Source: a virus. Taken from it: a DNA stretch of 64,000 bases. The notes below the pieces were generated by a model, which worked only from the letters and a program-made list of their open reading frames with translations, ran no database searches and was not told where the DNA came from. Positions within the stretch are counted from its first letter, which is position 1. Each line of letters starts with the position of its first letter. Shown piece after piece: positions 37,774 through 49,000 of this stretch. The stretch is taken from the IMG/VR virus record IMGVR_UViG_3300008886_000081; one strand, written 5' to 3'. The position numbers and the translations under genes were made by a program.

Positions 37774-38235
37774 TTAGTTTATTTTGCCGATAAAATCGAT
37801 CAGCTTCGATTCCAGCAGGCGGTAATTGGCAATGAAGGGCATGTTCCCTTTGGGCATGGAGAGGCGCTCTTCCGTCACGGTGTGACCGTAGCGCACGGCG
37901 CGCTCACTGCACTGGAAGCCCAGGCCGATCTTGGCATGGGTGTCGTCGGTATATTTGCGAAGCAGATGGAAACAGCACATGCGGGCATCGCGGTAGCTCC
38001 GCTCGTTGCTGACATAAAACAGCCCGGCGTCCAGTTCGTAAACCTGAGTAGCCAGGTTGACCAGGTATTGCGTTACCATTTTTATCTTTTCCTGCTCACC
38101 CGCGGGGATCGCTGTATTGTTGATAAAGCTGTCCAGCAACAGAAGAGTTTGCTGAAGGCCAATCTTGCCCACGATCTTGTCAATACTGGCCTGAAGATGA
38201 TTATAGTTGTCGGTGTTCTTTTTCTCGCTCATCAT
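37774..38235 (-). CDS. DnaA domain IV (C-terminal)-like HTH protein
   Basis: RDARMCCFHLLRKYTDDTHAKIGLGFQCSERAVRYG matches the ARxxAMYLxRxxTxxSxxxIGxxFxRDHxTV pattern. Confidence 0.65.
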   Translation of the reverse strand: MMSEKKNTDNYNHLQASIDKIVGKIGLQQTLLLLDSFINNTAIPAGEQEKIKMVTQYLVNLATQVYELDAGLFYVSNERSYRDARMCCFHLLRKYTDDTHAKIGLGFQCSERAVRYGHTVTEERLSMPKGNMPFIANYRLLESKLIDFIGKIN

Positions 38236-38316
38236 TGGAAGAAATTTGCACTGATGCTATTATAGTAATATGTTGCGATAATAGCAACGTCAAAATTACA
38301 AAAAATTGCTTCCTTT

Positions 38317-38973
38317 TCAGGAAATAATCCGATAGGCCGTGTCATAGCGCCTCCGGTGCAGGGTATAGCGCCCGACTTTTAACCGGCGATAGATCAGGCT
38401 GGCCTTGAAGCCCAGCGCCTTGAGTTTTTGAGGCTGAATCTCGGTTTTGCCATCAGCTACCAGCCTGGCGATGATGTCCTCGTCTGTGTGGCCGGGTACC
38501 GGTTCCTGGCCCGGCTTCTGTTTACCCTCAGTTTCCCGTTCCGGCGCGTTCTTTTCGGACAAGGTTGATTTCCGGGTGTTGTGGTCGGGTTTATCAAAGC
38601 CTTGTTCCCGGATGGCCCGTGAAGGATCAGGTCGGTTGCTCGGGTCTTCATGGCTTCGCCAGTCGGGTTCCTTCGTGTCTGCGCTGAAGCGGGAAAGATC
38701 CGCAGCGGGTTCATCGGGCTCGTCCTCGTCCAGATCGTTGTTCTCCAGCTCATGCTCAAAGTACTCTTCCAGATCCTGATCGAGTTCGTGCGAGAGGCGT
38801 TCCAGCCTGGCTTCCAGTTGCTCCCGGTCCTCGTCCGTGGTATGGGGCAGGTCTTCCTCCAACTCTTCAAAGCCCCTGATCCGTTTGATTAGAAATTCAG
38901 GGAGCGGACGCTTGGCGATGGCCTGGCTGTTATCTTCCAGGAATTGTTTGTGCGGAAATTGTTTGGGTGTCAT
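38317..38973 (-). CDS. hypothetical protein
   Basis: 218-aa ORF in the operon; acidic linker. Confidence 0.75.
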   Translation of the reverse strand: MTPKQFPHKQFLEDNSQAIAKRPLPEFLIKRIRGFEELEEDLPHTTDEDREQLEARLERLSHELDQDLEEYFEHELENNDLDEDEPDEPAADLSRFSADTKEPDWRSHEDPSNRPDPSRAIREQGFDKPDHNTRKSTLSEKNAPERETEGKQKPGQEPVPGHTDEDIIARLVADGKTEIQPQKLKALGFKASLIYRRLKVGRYTLHRRRYDTAYRIIS

Positions 38974-38994
38974 GGTATATATAGTTTAAGTGGT

Positions 38995-39291
38995 TTACAG
39001 TGGGTCGGGCTCTGAGGTCACCGGTTTTTTGTTTTCTTTCACCAGGGCACTCTCCGCGGCGCTGACCAGCAGGCCGGTCAGAAGCGAGGTCACCAGGACA
39101 ATCCCGGCGGTCTGTAGCAGCTCCTTGCCGGCAGGGAGCTTCCATTTGTAGGTGCTTCCACGGGCTTTGGCTTCTGCCCTCTTCCCGGTGTTAAAAACAA
39201 TCAGCGCCTGGCCGACGTCGATCACAAAGCCAATGCCCATCAGGAGCATGACTCTGGCCGCAGTGGTTTTCTTTTTGTCTTTTGAATCCAT
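38995..39291 (-). CDS. small two-TM membrane protein
   Basis: Two hydrophobic helices. Confidence 0.7.
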   Translation of the reverse strand: MDSKDKKKTTAARVMLLMGIGFVIDVGQALIVFNTGKRAEAKARGSTYKWKLPAGKELLQTAGIVLVTSLLTGLLVSAAESALVKENKKPVTSEPDPL

Positions 39292-39303
39292 ATGATATAG
39301 GTT

Positions 39304-39912
39304 TTATTCTGCCTGTTCCTGTAGCTTGTCAATCTTAGCGGAGATCTCGTCCTCAATTGCCTTGATTTTATTAATCCCCCAGATACTTTTGAGCTCGTTG
39401 AGAAATTTCAGCAAAGCCCGTTCTGTTTTGGCAATGACCTGCGGATCTGCTTTCAATTTTTCAGGTATGAGATTAACCATCCTGCCCAGCTCACTGCGCA
39501 GTTTGGTCACCAGTGTTTTTTTCTTAGGGGCAGCGATCTCTCCGGATTCTTTCCGGCGTTTGTGATCCTCCTTTAGTTTCTGCCGGCACAGTTCGAGGTC
39601 ATCGAGCACCTGTTCGGATTTTTGGATGATCTTTGTAGACTGCGCCTTCAGCGTCGCTTTCTTTTCGAAGTCCTCCACATCATTCTTTAGCTCTTTTTTG
39701 ATGCGGCTTATATCTTCCCGTATCACCTTGCCTGCCAGGTCAGCTGCTTTTTCGGCTTGTACCTGAAGCTCTTTGGATTTAGGTTGCTTTACCGCCACCA
39801 GGCCGGCGCGGTCGTACAGCTCCAGCATTTTTAATGATTTTGGACTTAACATGCTTTTTGAGATACCCTCCGTTTCCAGGAGGAGGTGAGGATTCTGTTC
39901 TGGCTTTACCAT
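39304..39912 (-). CDS. Lys/Glu-rich coiled-coil protein
   Basis: Heptad pattern throughout. Confidence 0.75.
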   Translation of the reverse strand: MVKPEQNPHLLLETEGISKSMLSPKSLKMLELYDRAGLVAVKQPKSKELQVQAEKAADLAGKVIREDISRIKKELKNDVEDFEKKATLKAQSTKIIQKSEQVLDDLELCRQKLKEDHKRRKESGEIAAPKKKTLVTKLRSELGRMVNLIPEKLKADPQVIAKTERALLKFLNELKSIWGINKIKAIEDEISAKIDKLQEQAE

Positions 39913-39930
39913 ATTAATTAGTTTAAAAAA

Positions 39931-40272
39931 TTAGTCTTCTTCAATGCCCAGGTTCCGGAACAGGGTTTCCCTGTCGGAAAGCGCGACGCGCAGGATCAGG
40001 GTGTCGTCTTGTAGTTTTGTGAGTAGCTTATCGGTAGCGGTCTGCTCTTTCATCTCGGTCTCAAATTCAACCGTATTGTAAAAGCGGACGTCCACCTGGT
40101 AGTCTTCCGGTGGATGCGTGGGATTCTGCTGCTCCTTGGCAGCGTCTTCCCAATTCTCATACAGTTGCAATTTTACCTGTTTGCATCCTTGTTGGCGGGC
40201 CTCGCTTAGCAAGGCTTCCAGCGATTCAATCTTGACTTTAATCATAGTATTGTTTTTAAATTGTTTTTTCAT
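39931..40272 (-). CDS. hypothetical protein
   Basis: Coupled to the SNF2 gene stop. Confidence 0.7.
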   Translation of the reverse strand: MKKQFKNNTMIKVKIESLEALLSEARQQGCKQVKLQLYENWEDAAKEQQNPTHPPEDYQVDVRFYNTVEFETEMKEQTATDKLLTKLQDDTLILRVALSDRETLFRNLGIEED

Positions 40273-43200
40273 CAGGCGGCCTGAACGGCCTGCATTTCTG
40301 AGAGGATCTGCTCCATTTCTTCCATGTGCTTCACCAGGGCTTCCATTTCTTCCAGGGCATCGGAAGAGGCTTCCAGGTCACGGCCAAGCTGGTCTTGTTG
40401 CTGTTGTTTTACCTTGCCTTCGTCTGAGGCATCATACACCATCAGCTCGCTGAGCAGGTTCTCATTCATGCGGGCAAATTCCTGAACACGCTCTTCGACG
40501 GTTTTGCGCTGGTAGCCTTTTCGTTTTCGATCCTTAATGATTTCTTCCTCTTTGAGCGCAACCGCTTCCTTACCGACTTCCACCTCCATTTTCTTTTTGA
40601 GCGTCTCGACTTCCCGGTCTATTTTACCGAGCACACGTTTCTCATCGAAGTCCAGGTCCAGCCCACGTGGTGCCAGCGTCTCCTTCAAGCCGCGACTGGT
40701 TTTCTGATAAGCGCGGTAGACCTTCCAGTAAGTACGGTCGTCCTTGTTCGTTGCTTTCTGATCCGGATCATCCAGGTACTCGCTGAAGATCCCCAGAAGT
40801 GTAGAAGCGGCCCGCGGCGCGGCTCCGGCGCGTGGTGGCCGGTAACGGTCGGCGCGGTCGCGGATGTAGGCGATATTGGCATTGAACTCCTGACGGGCCT
40901 GATGAATGGACATAATCAGGCTCTTTTCGTTATTAAGCCGCGTGACGTCATCCTGCATGTTCTCTTTTTCGGCGACCAGCATGAGCTCCGCCAGGATCTT
41001 CGGATTTGTCACCAGGCCCATCTTCAGCTCGGAGGGATTGAAGTCCTCCAGGTCCAGCGCATTTTGCCTGCCGGCCCGGTACCAGATCTCGTTGATGCGG
41101 CTGGTCTTTTCCTCCAGCTTCTGAAAAATGAACATATCAATGCTGTCCTCTACGAGGGGATTGACAATGCGTACATTGGCGAACCGGTTTCCAAAGCGCC
41201 AGACCCGGCCTTCTAACTGTTTGACATCGGTAGGGTTCCAATCCAGCCAACAGTTATATAGGACTGTGCTGCGGTTTTGCAGATTGATCCCTTCCTTGAT
41301 GGTGGCGCTGCCAATGATGATTTTTATTGATCCTGCCTGGTAGCGTTCTTTTATTCCCTCCTTTTTCGCTGTACTGATACCACTGCTGATAATCCCGACT
41401 TCGGATTCGTCATAACCGATCTCCTTGACCAGGTAGTCTTTAATCAGGGGAAAAAAATGAACGCCTGCGTTCATATAGATTACCTGGCCGGACACGTCTT
41501 CTCCACGTTGTTCGTGATAGTCTTTGACAGACCGGATGCAGCCCATCGTGTAGCGTAGCTTAGGGGAGCTTTCCACGTACTGCTTATAGGTTGGTGCCTC
41601 GCCCCTGTAGCAGGCAAAGAGGTAGGGGCTTAATGCCACTTGCCGCGCGAAGGAGAGCCCGCGCAATACACGCGCCCCTTCTTTTTCGTCCTCTGACATG
41701 CTGCTTTCCCGAAGCGGGGTGCCTTTTGTCCCCGGCGAAGCGTCTTCCTCTTCAAATCCGGTGGCGTTGCAGAGGTCCGCGAAATCCCCCCGTCCTGTGA
41801 TAAAGCTCTCAATGCCGGCCATGAGCTGTTTCTGCTGGGTGGTCATCGGCAGGTTGGTGGAAATCTGCTGCGCCGGTGGCAATGGTACCAGCTCGCCATC
41901 GATCATCTGATTCAGCAAGGGGAGCACAATTTTATTTGGCCGCTGGATGAGGGCATCCTCTCCGGATTTGTAACTAATGAACTTAAAAATGAGTTGTTGA
42001 AGCGCAATCAGGTTATTGAAACCGAGGACGACTTCTTTTCGCTGGGGTTGCAGCTTGGCGTTAATCGTCAGTTCGATGCTGCTCCGGATAAAGGTGTCGA
42101 AGAAATCTTTCAGGTTGCGGATGCCCCATGCAGTGATCTGCTGATAGGCGATGAGGGCGAGGATGGAATAGATCTCCAGCGGGCTGTTGGTAAAGGGTGT
42201 TGCGGTGAGCAGCTGGACGTTCCGCATGTGGTTATTTCGCTGGATGTACTGACTAATCATAAAGCCGCGCAGCGCCGTCATGGAGGGTTCCCCGGAGCTC
42301 AGATCATAGCTGGCTTTCTGCCGTTCGTTATTTTGCACTTCTCCCTTTGCCCGTGTAAAGGATTTTTTCATGGCGTGGGCTTCGTCTACCACCATATAAT
42401 CTAAGCCGAGGTCTTCGATATAGGCAACCCCGCCGCGACTGCCCTTGCCCATCAGCTCCTTGATTTTCTCTTTCAACTTTTCCTCGTCCCGTTCTCCTTC
42501 CGTACCCTGGTTGAGGATGTCGAAAAGTTCGTCGCCCAATTGCTTCCAGGTGTCGTCTTTGAAGCAAAGGCGGTTAAAGCCTTCGTAAGTCAGCAGCGTG
42601 ATGCTTTTTTCGGGAACGGCTTCGATCACGCCCCCTTTGCTCTGAACGAGGCTCAGGTGATCTTCACTCAGGTTATACAGATCGTTTACGGCGTATTGGG
42701 GCAGTAAACCGGTGAGAACGACTTTTCCGTTTTCCACCTTCCCGCGAAGCTCCGCCATCCAGTTGCTGTAGGTGGCGTTCGGCACGACAATAAAGGGGCG
42801 CTTGCATTGTCCCATTTCCAGAGCCTGCGCCAGGGCCAGGATGGCTGTCATCGTCTTGCCCACACCGACATCGTAAGCGATGCACCCGCTGCCATGCACA
42901 CTGAGGAAGCCGATGCCTTCCCGCTGCGCGGGCCGGATGAACAGGGGCTTGTTCTTAAAGGTGCTGGAACAGGTGAAGCCGACCGGAATTTTCATATAGT
43001 TAATTTCTACATAGCCATTATAGGTCCGGTTCCAGCGCTCCTCGATCGCTTCCTGGTCTTTTGGTAAAAGTGCCTCCGCTAAAAAACGGACGAAGAACAC
43101 ATCGCCTTCTTTTTTGGCATTCTGCTTGACCCGCAGGCGCTCCTCCTCGTCGTGGTAACGGGGTGGGTTCTTTTTTTCCAGGTAATACTGGATGATGTTG

Positions 43201-45731
43201 TGGTTGGTCGTTTTTTTGAACTCCTCCTTCGGCCTGGCATTTAACCAGGTCTTAAATGCTTCCACAAGCCAGGGCTGATCTTTGCCCGGTAATTGATTAA
43301 GGTCGGTGTCATCTGCCAGCCCTGAGATCGCTGTCCCGGCGGCGAAGGTCGAATCGGGTTTGATGAACAGGCGCTGCCTGGTGTTGGGATCGGTCAGTGT
43401 CAGACGGGGCGGGCGGACATGTTCCAGGCCGGAGCGCTGCCGCTCGAACTGCTCTTTTCCAAAACGGCGAATGATCTCTTTCTTTTCTTCGTCAAGCTTC
43501 TTTAGGCGCTCGTAAATATTCTCAGCGTAGTAAAGGACACTTGGGATATAATCGCCCTTATAAACGCAAACAACCCCTGTTTTCAGCCAATTTTCCAGGT
43601 GCTTTGTAATCTCATGGAAGGGCACGACGTATTTCGACCAGCCGTTTGCTTTGTTCAGGATGGTGCGCTCGTCGCTCAGCCCCTCGGCTTTGCGCTGATA
43701 CCAGAGCCAGGCTTTGATCTCGTCTTCGCTGATTCCGGTATTATAGGTTTTGGCGATGTCTTCAAAGCAATGGTACTCTTCGGGGCAACCGTTTGCGTAT
43801 GTGTCCTTTTCACCTTTCAGCCGCCGCAGGGCTTTGTCAGCCTGAGCCTGCAAGGTCTTGGCGATGACGGTATTCAGGTTCTTCGTTTTTACCGGGTCGC
43901 TCAGGAGGTTTTGCAAAGGCTCTTTGACTTCTGTTTCCAGCGGCCCCTCGTCCTGGCTTTCTCCGGCCATAGCGGGAATGTTAATTGAGTTCAAAGCGTC
44001 TTCCAGGCTACCGGTGACAAGGGTAACCGGCCTGTTGAATTTATTGGTGGTGTGCTGCACCTGCCCGAGGATTTTTTCAGGATGTTCTTTAAACCATTGA
44101 TCGCCCAGCACCAGGTTTTCTTCGGTCGGGCCGGTATCTTTAGGCACGGTTCCTGAAACATTCAGGGTTTTAACGGTGCTGTGTTTCGTATCGACGTAAT
44201 CCGCCAGTACGTCATCCGGAATATCGAAGCCGTAAGCCTGCGCCTGTTGCACGATCTGTGCATGGTCTTTCCTGTCGGAATCTTGAATGTGGTGAGGGTA
44301 ACCGGTTCGCTGTTCGGATTTGAAAACGGCATAGTCCTGCTGTGTGAGGTCCCAGGCGTACATGGGTTCGTCGACCGGACTATCGGGGAGCATATGCTGA
44401 ATCTGAAATTCTTCTTTTGCCAGTTCGGCATCAGGTTCGCTTGCCGGTAACAGGCTTGAAACCTTGTCGGCTTCTGTTCCGCTGGAATAATTTGCTACTG
44501 TTTTTTTCATATGAACTCTTTGGTTTGATTCTGAATCGTCTCTGCCCTCTTCCGGATGCTCTTCAGGAACTTCTTCTGTTTCTTGTGAAAACAAATCAAG
44601 TGCGCTGCGCTCCAGCATCCCGATCTGGTTCTCCATCTTCTGAATCTCCAGAAGCTTCCGGGTGATGAGCTGGTTAATATCTGCCTGTCTTGCTCTGAAC
44701 TTCTCCACCAGCTCTGTCTTGCCTTCGCTGGTTACCCGCGCAATGAGCTCGTCCTTCTTATCGCGCTCCCGGACCAGGCCCTCAATGTCTGCGCGGATGG
44801 CCTGAATTTCCAGCTTTGCGGGGTCCGTCAGGGCAGAAGTACTGATGTGCTCATCCAGGTTCAGCGCCTGCTCCGGATCAAAGTCGATGCGGCTGACTTT
44901 GGCATTGACCAGCGAAAAAAACTGATCTTTGGAAATGGTGATCTTTTTTTTGCCTGCATCCCGGCTATCCGCGCCAAGGCCATAGAGGTAACGGAACAGC
45001 TCTTCCTCGTGGCCCTCGTTCAGCGCCGGGATGTCCTTTCGGATGACACCTACCCATTGGGCATTGCGCTGGAGGTAAGGCAGGGATTTTTCAGCCTCTG
45101 TGCCGAGATAATTCAGAAAGCTGCCGTCTTCGCTCAGGGAGGAGATGTCCTCCAACAATTTGAGGCGGCTCTCAGGCTTAAAGATGCCTTTCAGGTGTTC
45201 GCGGTTGTAGCCGCGCTCTTTCGCGCGCTTGTAGGCTTTCAGGTCGGATTTCAAACCTTCCTGTGTGATTTCGCGGTTGCTCTCCAGCAGGGCATAATCG
45301 GTCGCATCGTCCAGATCCCCCAGGAACACTTTTACCGGCATATGGGCCAGGCTCTTGTCTCCGGCCTGATACAGGCGCTCGCTGGCCTCCCAGCGGGAGT
45401 GCCCGCTAATGACAATGTAGGTTCCGTCGGGTGCTTTCCAGACAATGATAGGATCGCGCGATTTGTCAAAGCCTTCGCGAACGATCTTCTCGACGGTTTC
45501 TTCGGCGTACCTAGTGTCGCGGCCCTGAAAGGTTTCCGGCCGCACGTCGATTTTCGTTCTCGGCAGTTCTTTTACTTCCGAGAACAGTTGCTTCTTTTCT
45601 TCTTTTCTATGTTCTTCCGCACGTTCCATGTCGTGTCCTGCATTGAGTTCTTTTAGTCGTCGTGTGGCTCTCCAGTAGATTGGACGAAATGCCTTATAGC
45701 CCTGCATGGTTTCAGGATTGGCTGTGGGCAA
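40272..45731 (-). CDS. ParB-like N-terminal domain + SNF2/SF2 helicase (DarB-like C-half)
   Basis: DPIIVW...VISGHSR (ParB-like); YDVGVGKT (I), VDEAH (II), LTATP (III), QLEGRVWR (VI). Confidence 0.9.
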   Translation of the reverse strand: MPTANPETMQGYKAFRPIYWRATRRLKELNAGHDMERAEEHRKEEKKQLFSEVKELPRTKIDVRPETFQGRDTRYAEETVEKIVREGFDKSRDPIIVWKAPDGTYIVISGHSRWEASERLYQAGDKSLAHMPVKVFLGDLDDATDYALLESNREITQEGLKSDLKAYKRAKERGYNREHLKGIFKPESRLKLLEDISSLSEDGSFLNYLGTEAEKSLPYLQRNAQWVGVIRKDIPALNEGHEEELFRYLYGLGADSRDAGKKKITISKDQFFSLVNAKVSRIDFDPEQALNLDEHISTSALTDPAKLEIQAIRADIEGLVRERDKKDELIARVTSEGKTELVEKFRARQADINQLITRKLLEIQKMENQIGMLERSALDLFSQETEEVPEEHPEEGRDDSESNQRVHMKKTVANYSSGTEADKVSSLLPASEPDAELAKEEFQIQHMLPDSPVDEPMYAWDLTQQDYAVFKSEQRTGYPHHIQDSDRKDHAQIVQQAQAYGFDIPDDVLADYVDTKHSTVKTLNVSGTVPKDTGPTEENLVLGDQWFKEHPEKILGQVQHTTNKFNRPVTLVTGSLEDALNSINIPAMAGESQDEGPLETEVKEPLQNLLSDPVKTKNLNTVIAKTLQAQADKALRRLKGEKDTYANGCPEEYHCFEDIAKTYNTGISEDEIKAWLWYQRKAEGLSDERTILNKANGWSKYVVPFHEITKHLENWLKTGVVCVYKGDYIPSVLYYAENIYERLKKLDEEKKEIIRRFGKEQFERQRSGLEHVRPPRLTLTDPNTRQRLFIKPDSTFAAGTAISGLADDTDLNQLPGKDQPWLVEAFKTWLNARPKEEFKKTTNHNIIQYYLEKKNPPRYHDEEERLRVKQNAKKEGDVFFVRFLAEALLPKDQEAIEERWNRTYNGYVEINYMKIPVGFTCSSTFKNKPLFIRPAQREGIGFLSVHGSGCIAYDVGVGKTMTAILALAQALEMGQCKRPFIVVPNATYSNWMAELRGKVENGKVVLTGLLPQYAVNDLYNLSEDHLSLVQSKGGVIEAVPEKSITLLTYEGFNRLCFKDDTWKQLGDELFDILNQGTEGERDEEKLKEKIKELMGKGSRGGVAYIEDLGLDYMVVDEAHAMKKSFTRAKGEVQNNERQKASYDLSSGEPSMTALRGFMISQYIQRNNHMRNVQLLTATPFTNSPLEIYSILALIAYQQITAWGIRNLKDFFDTFIRSSIELTINAKLQPQRKEVVLGFNNLIALQQLIFKFISYKSGEDALIQRPNKIVLPLLNQMIDGELVPLPPAQQISTNLPMTTQQKQLMAGIESFITGRGDFADLCNATGFEEEDASPGTKGTPLRESSMSEDEKEGARVLRGLSFARQVALSPYLFACYRGEAPTYKQYVESSPKLRYTMGCIRSVKDYHEQRGEDVSGQVIYMNAGVHFFPLIKDYLVKEIGYDESEVGIISSGISTAKKEGIKERYQAGSIKIIIGSATIKEGINLQNRSTVLYNCWLDWNPTDVKQLEGRVWRFGNRFANVRIVNPLVEDSIDMFIFQKLEEKTSRINEIWYRAGRQNALDLEDFNPSELKMGLVTNPKILAELMLVAEKENMQDDVTRLNNEKSLIMSIHQARQEFNANIAYIRDRADRYRPPRAGAAPRAASTLLGIFSEYLDDPDQKATNKDDRTYWKVYRAYQKTSRGLKETLAPRGLDLDFDEKRVLGKIDREVETLKKKMEVEVGKEAVALKEEEIIKDRKRKGYQRKTVEERVQEFARMNENLLSELMVYDASDEGKVKQQQQDQLGRDLEASSDALEEMEALVKHMEEMEQILSEMQAVQAA

Positions 45732-46011
45732 GCTCCTGCTCGATCAGGGCAATGGCTGAGCCGATCTCCATCTCGTCGTTTGCCGCCAGCCGGATAATCA
45801 TTTCCTGGAGCCTCGCCAGTCCTTTTTCTGTACTCTGCATTTCGCAGACATGCGGCCATAAAGCATGACTGCAATCTTTCAGCTCTTCACTGATGAGGAT
45901 CTTCAGTTGATCGATTTGGTTATCATTTGCCATCGCTTTTAGTTTTTTGGGTTCGTGTTCGGGTTTCCGGCGATACAGGACGCCGCAGCCTATGAGGTAG
46001 TTGCTAATCAT
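45712..46011 (-). CDS. small helical hypothetical protein between the methylase and helicase genes
   Basis: Probable start at 46011 or 45933; fills the operon gap. Confidence 0.65.
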   Translation of the reverse strand: MISNYLIGCGVLYRRKPEHEPKKLKAMANDNQIDQLKILISEELKDCSHALWPHVCEMQSTEKGLARLQEMIIRLAANDEMEIGSAIALIEQELAHSQS

Positions 46012-46022
46012 ATCTGTGTCAT

Positions 46023-49000
46023 TTATAGTCGTTTGCGCCACACCAGGATGTCGGTGCCGATATCGGTATGTGGAATCGCGCCGCCTGGTAAACGGTAGCA
46101 ATCGATCAGCTCTGCCTTCGCGGTAATTTTCTCCTTGGTCTTGTTGTACTTTTCGGTACTGAGCATGAAATAGCTTGGTACCAGGAACACCATCAGGCCG
46201 CCGCCTTTCATCAGGTCCAGGCCCCGCAGGGTGAAGTACTGATCGTATTCGGTGACACCGGTGTAGCGCTTCTCGCCAAGACCGGCATATTTTCCGCTGA
46301 AGGCGCCGTAAGGGGGATTGCCAATGACCAGGCTGTAGCCGGGGTTTTCAAATGCGTCCTTCAAGTGAATGTTACCCGCGAAAAAATGCGTTTCGAATGC
46401 CTTTTCGTGGATGTGCGCATGTGGGTAAAGGACCTGCGCGATCCGCGCGGCATAGTGGTTGGTTTCAAAGCCAGACACGATGGCGGTTTTAGGCGCGTAT
46501 TTCAAAAAGTTGCCGGTGCCTACAGAAGGCTCCAGGATGCGACCGCCATCGTAGCCATAGTGATAGGCCATATCCCACATCTTCCTGACCAGCAGATCCG
46601 GTGTATAAAATTCATAGAGCGTTCCGCGACCTGATGCGCCTTCAGAGAGCAAGCCCCCGGAGCCGGTATACTGGCGCAGGTGGTTTTTCTCTTCTTCGTT
46701 GTAGGAGGCGCCTTCTTTGTCTTTGGCGTCAATAAGGGCTTCGATCTCCTGGTTGAGCTCGTGCTGGCTTTGCTTTTTCTCCGGCTTTTTTTTGGTTGTT
46801 TCCCGGCTGTTTGGCGTCTGTGGAATATCTGCCAGCCTGGCCGCTCCGGAAAATAACAACTCTATCAAATAGGTCATTACCGGAAAAGTTGTTTTGTCCT
46901 GGAGATCGTTGTCGACGATAACATCATCAACATAGTGGGCAATGAGTACCTTCTTTCGCTTGTCACCGGTCTTACCGACCGTCACCAGGCTTTTTTCGTA
47001 GGAGTCCAGGGTTCTGCGCACGGTGAAGCGCGCACTCAGATCATAGGTGATTTCCTGCAAAGTAGCAAGCGACAGCGTTTTCAGCTTGGTCCGGATCGCG
47101 TCCCGTAAGCGCGCCTGGTCAAAAGCAGCGCCGCGAACGACCGCTTTATTTTGTGGGTAACGGTTATCGTCGTCCTTCCAGTAAGCGTCTTCCAGTCCTT
47201 GAATAATCTCCTCGCTGGCATCTAAAACATCAGGGGCTGTTTCCAAAGAAATTCCCTGCTCTTTGGCAAACTGATACAGGGCGTTCAGGGCCTGATTCAA
47301 TTTGCTTTTTTTAGTGGTCTCATTGTTCAGGATCGCATCTTCGGCACGGAGCAGGGTTTGAAGTTCCCGCTCGTGCAGCAGGAGCGCCGCTTTTAGCGCC
47401 GCTTCCCGCGTTGGATAGCGTTCGTCCTGAACGGTAATAAGAGAGGATTGGCTGCTATAATCACCGAAGGATTTTGCGAAGGCGATTCCCTCCCGGTAGT
47501 CCCCCGCTGATGTTTTGACCAGGTACACGGTAGCAGTATAACCCGAGGTCTTTGGCATGTCAATGCGGATGGTTTCCATGTTGTCTCCGGCACTGTTCCT
47601 GGTATAGACGCCATCCGCTGTGGCCAGGGGATCATTAGCATTTCTTTGCTCTTTACTTTCCTTGCCATCCGCGAGTATATCCTGATATTTTACAACTACC
47701 TCGCGACTTTTTTTCAAACGTCGGATAATAAAATCAACATCGCCGGTTTGCTCCCTTTTGTCCTGTTTGGGCTTTCCGGTTTTTGGATTAAGATAGCTGG
47801 CACGTTCCGCTTCTCTTTGGGCAATTAGTTGATCAATGATCGACAACGCTTTCGATATTTCCGCAATGGGTCTTGCATTTTCCGCAACAGACCACCACTT
47901 GTTTCCGCGATGGCTGTTATATGAATTTAGCAGCGCATCCAGGCTTTCCACATGCCTATAACCAGTATGTAGGTTCGCATAGGGATAATCCGGGTCGGTT
48001 GGATAACCAATGTCTTCAAAAACTTCCTTCCCCCGTTTCTCCCATTCCTCCAAGAGGTCTGCCCGGCTGACGTCGATTCCAAATTCAGTAGGATGACCGA
48101 ATTGTATCAGTTCAAACATCTCAATCGGCGTTGCAGCGGGAAGGTCGTTCTCTTTGAGTTTCAGTAAATGTGGAAATTCACTTTTTAAAAGCATCTCGAT
48201 ATCGTCGCCCCAGGAATGAGACAGAAATGGTTCGCGTGTACCGGTCGGAACTAAGACATTCGGGAGTTGGTGATCTCTGAATACCAGGTCTGCGGCCCGG
48301 CTATGTGAGATTGTTTTCGTAGGCTCACTTTCTCTTTCTGGTTGCTGTATTCCGTGACGGTCCCGGTAAACCGTGTTATACGCGTCCTGCATGTGCCAAT
48401 CCTGTACCACATAAATGTTATACATGGCTAGTAGGTATTCTCTTTCATCCGCCTGAAATGAGCTTTTCGTCAGCACGTCTTTTTTGAATTTCACGCTCCA
48501 TACTCGACCAAGGTATTCGTCCAATGCAATGAGTTGCGCCATTGCAAACTCATCAAAAGGCTCATTGTCAGCTTTGGTTCCTAGGTTCTCTTCACGAGAC
48601 TCCTTATTCAGGAGCATGGTGTCATCGATCACCCGTGTCATCGTCCTTCGTTTTTTGACGTGGTCGCTCAGCCAGCGGGTAAACTGGAGGAGGCGCGTTG
48701 TGTCCCTGATGGTGCCGCCATATTGGTCGGTATAGTCCGAGCTGAACCACAACGAGGTCACCGCAATTCGGGGCTCGGACAATGAAAGGGAAACATCGGC
48801 CTGAAGCTGGATGTGCTGATCGACGGTATCGTCGAAATAGATGTTGAACGCATCGACGCCGTCCGGGCTCACCGAAGCCAGGATGACTTGTTGGGTATTG
48901 TCTGTGGTATACACGGATTCAAACCGGCGTGTGATATTCGATGGTTGGCGGAGTCCCGGTATAAACTGCGAGAGTAAGGCCAGGACATTTTCATCCGGCA

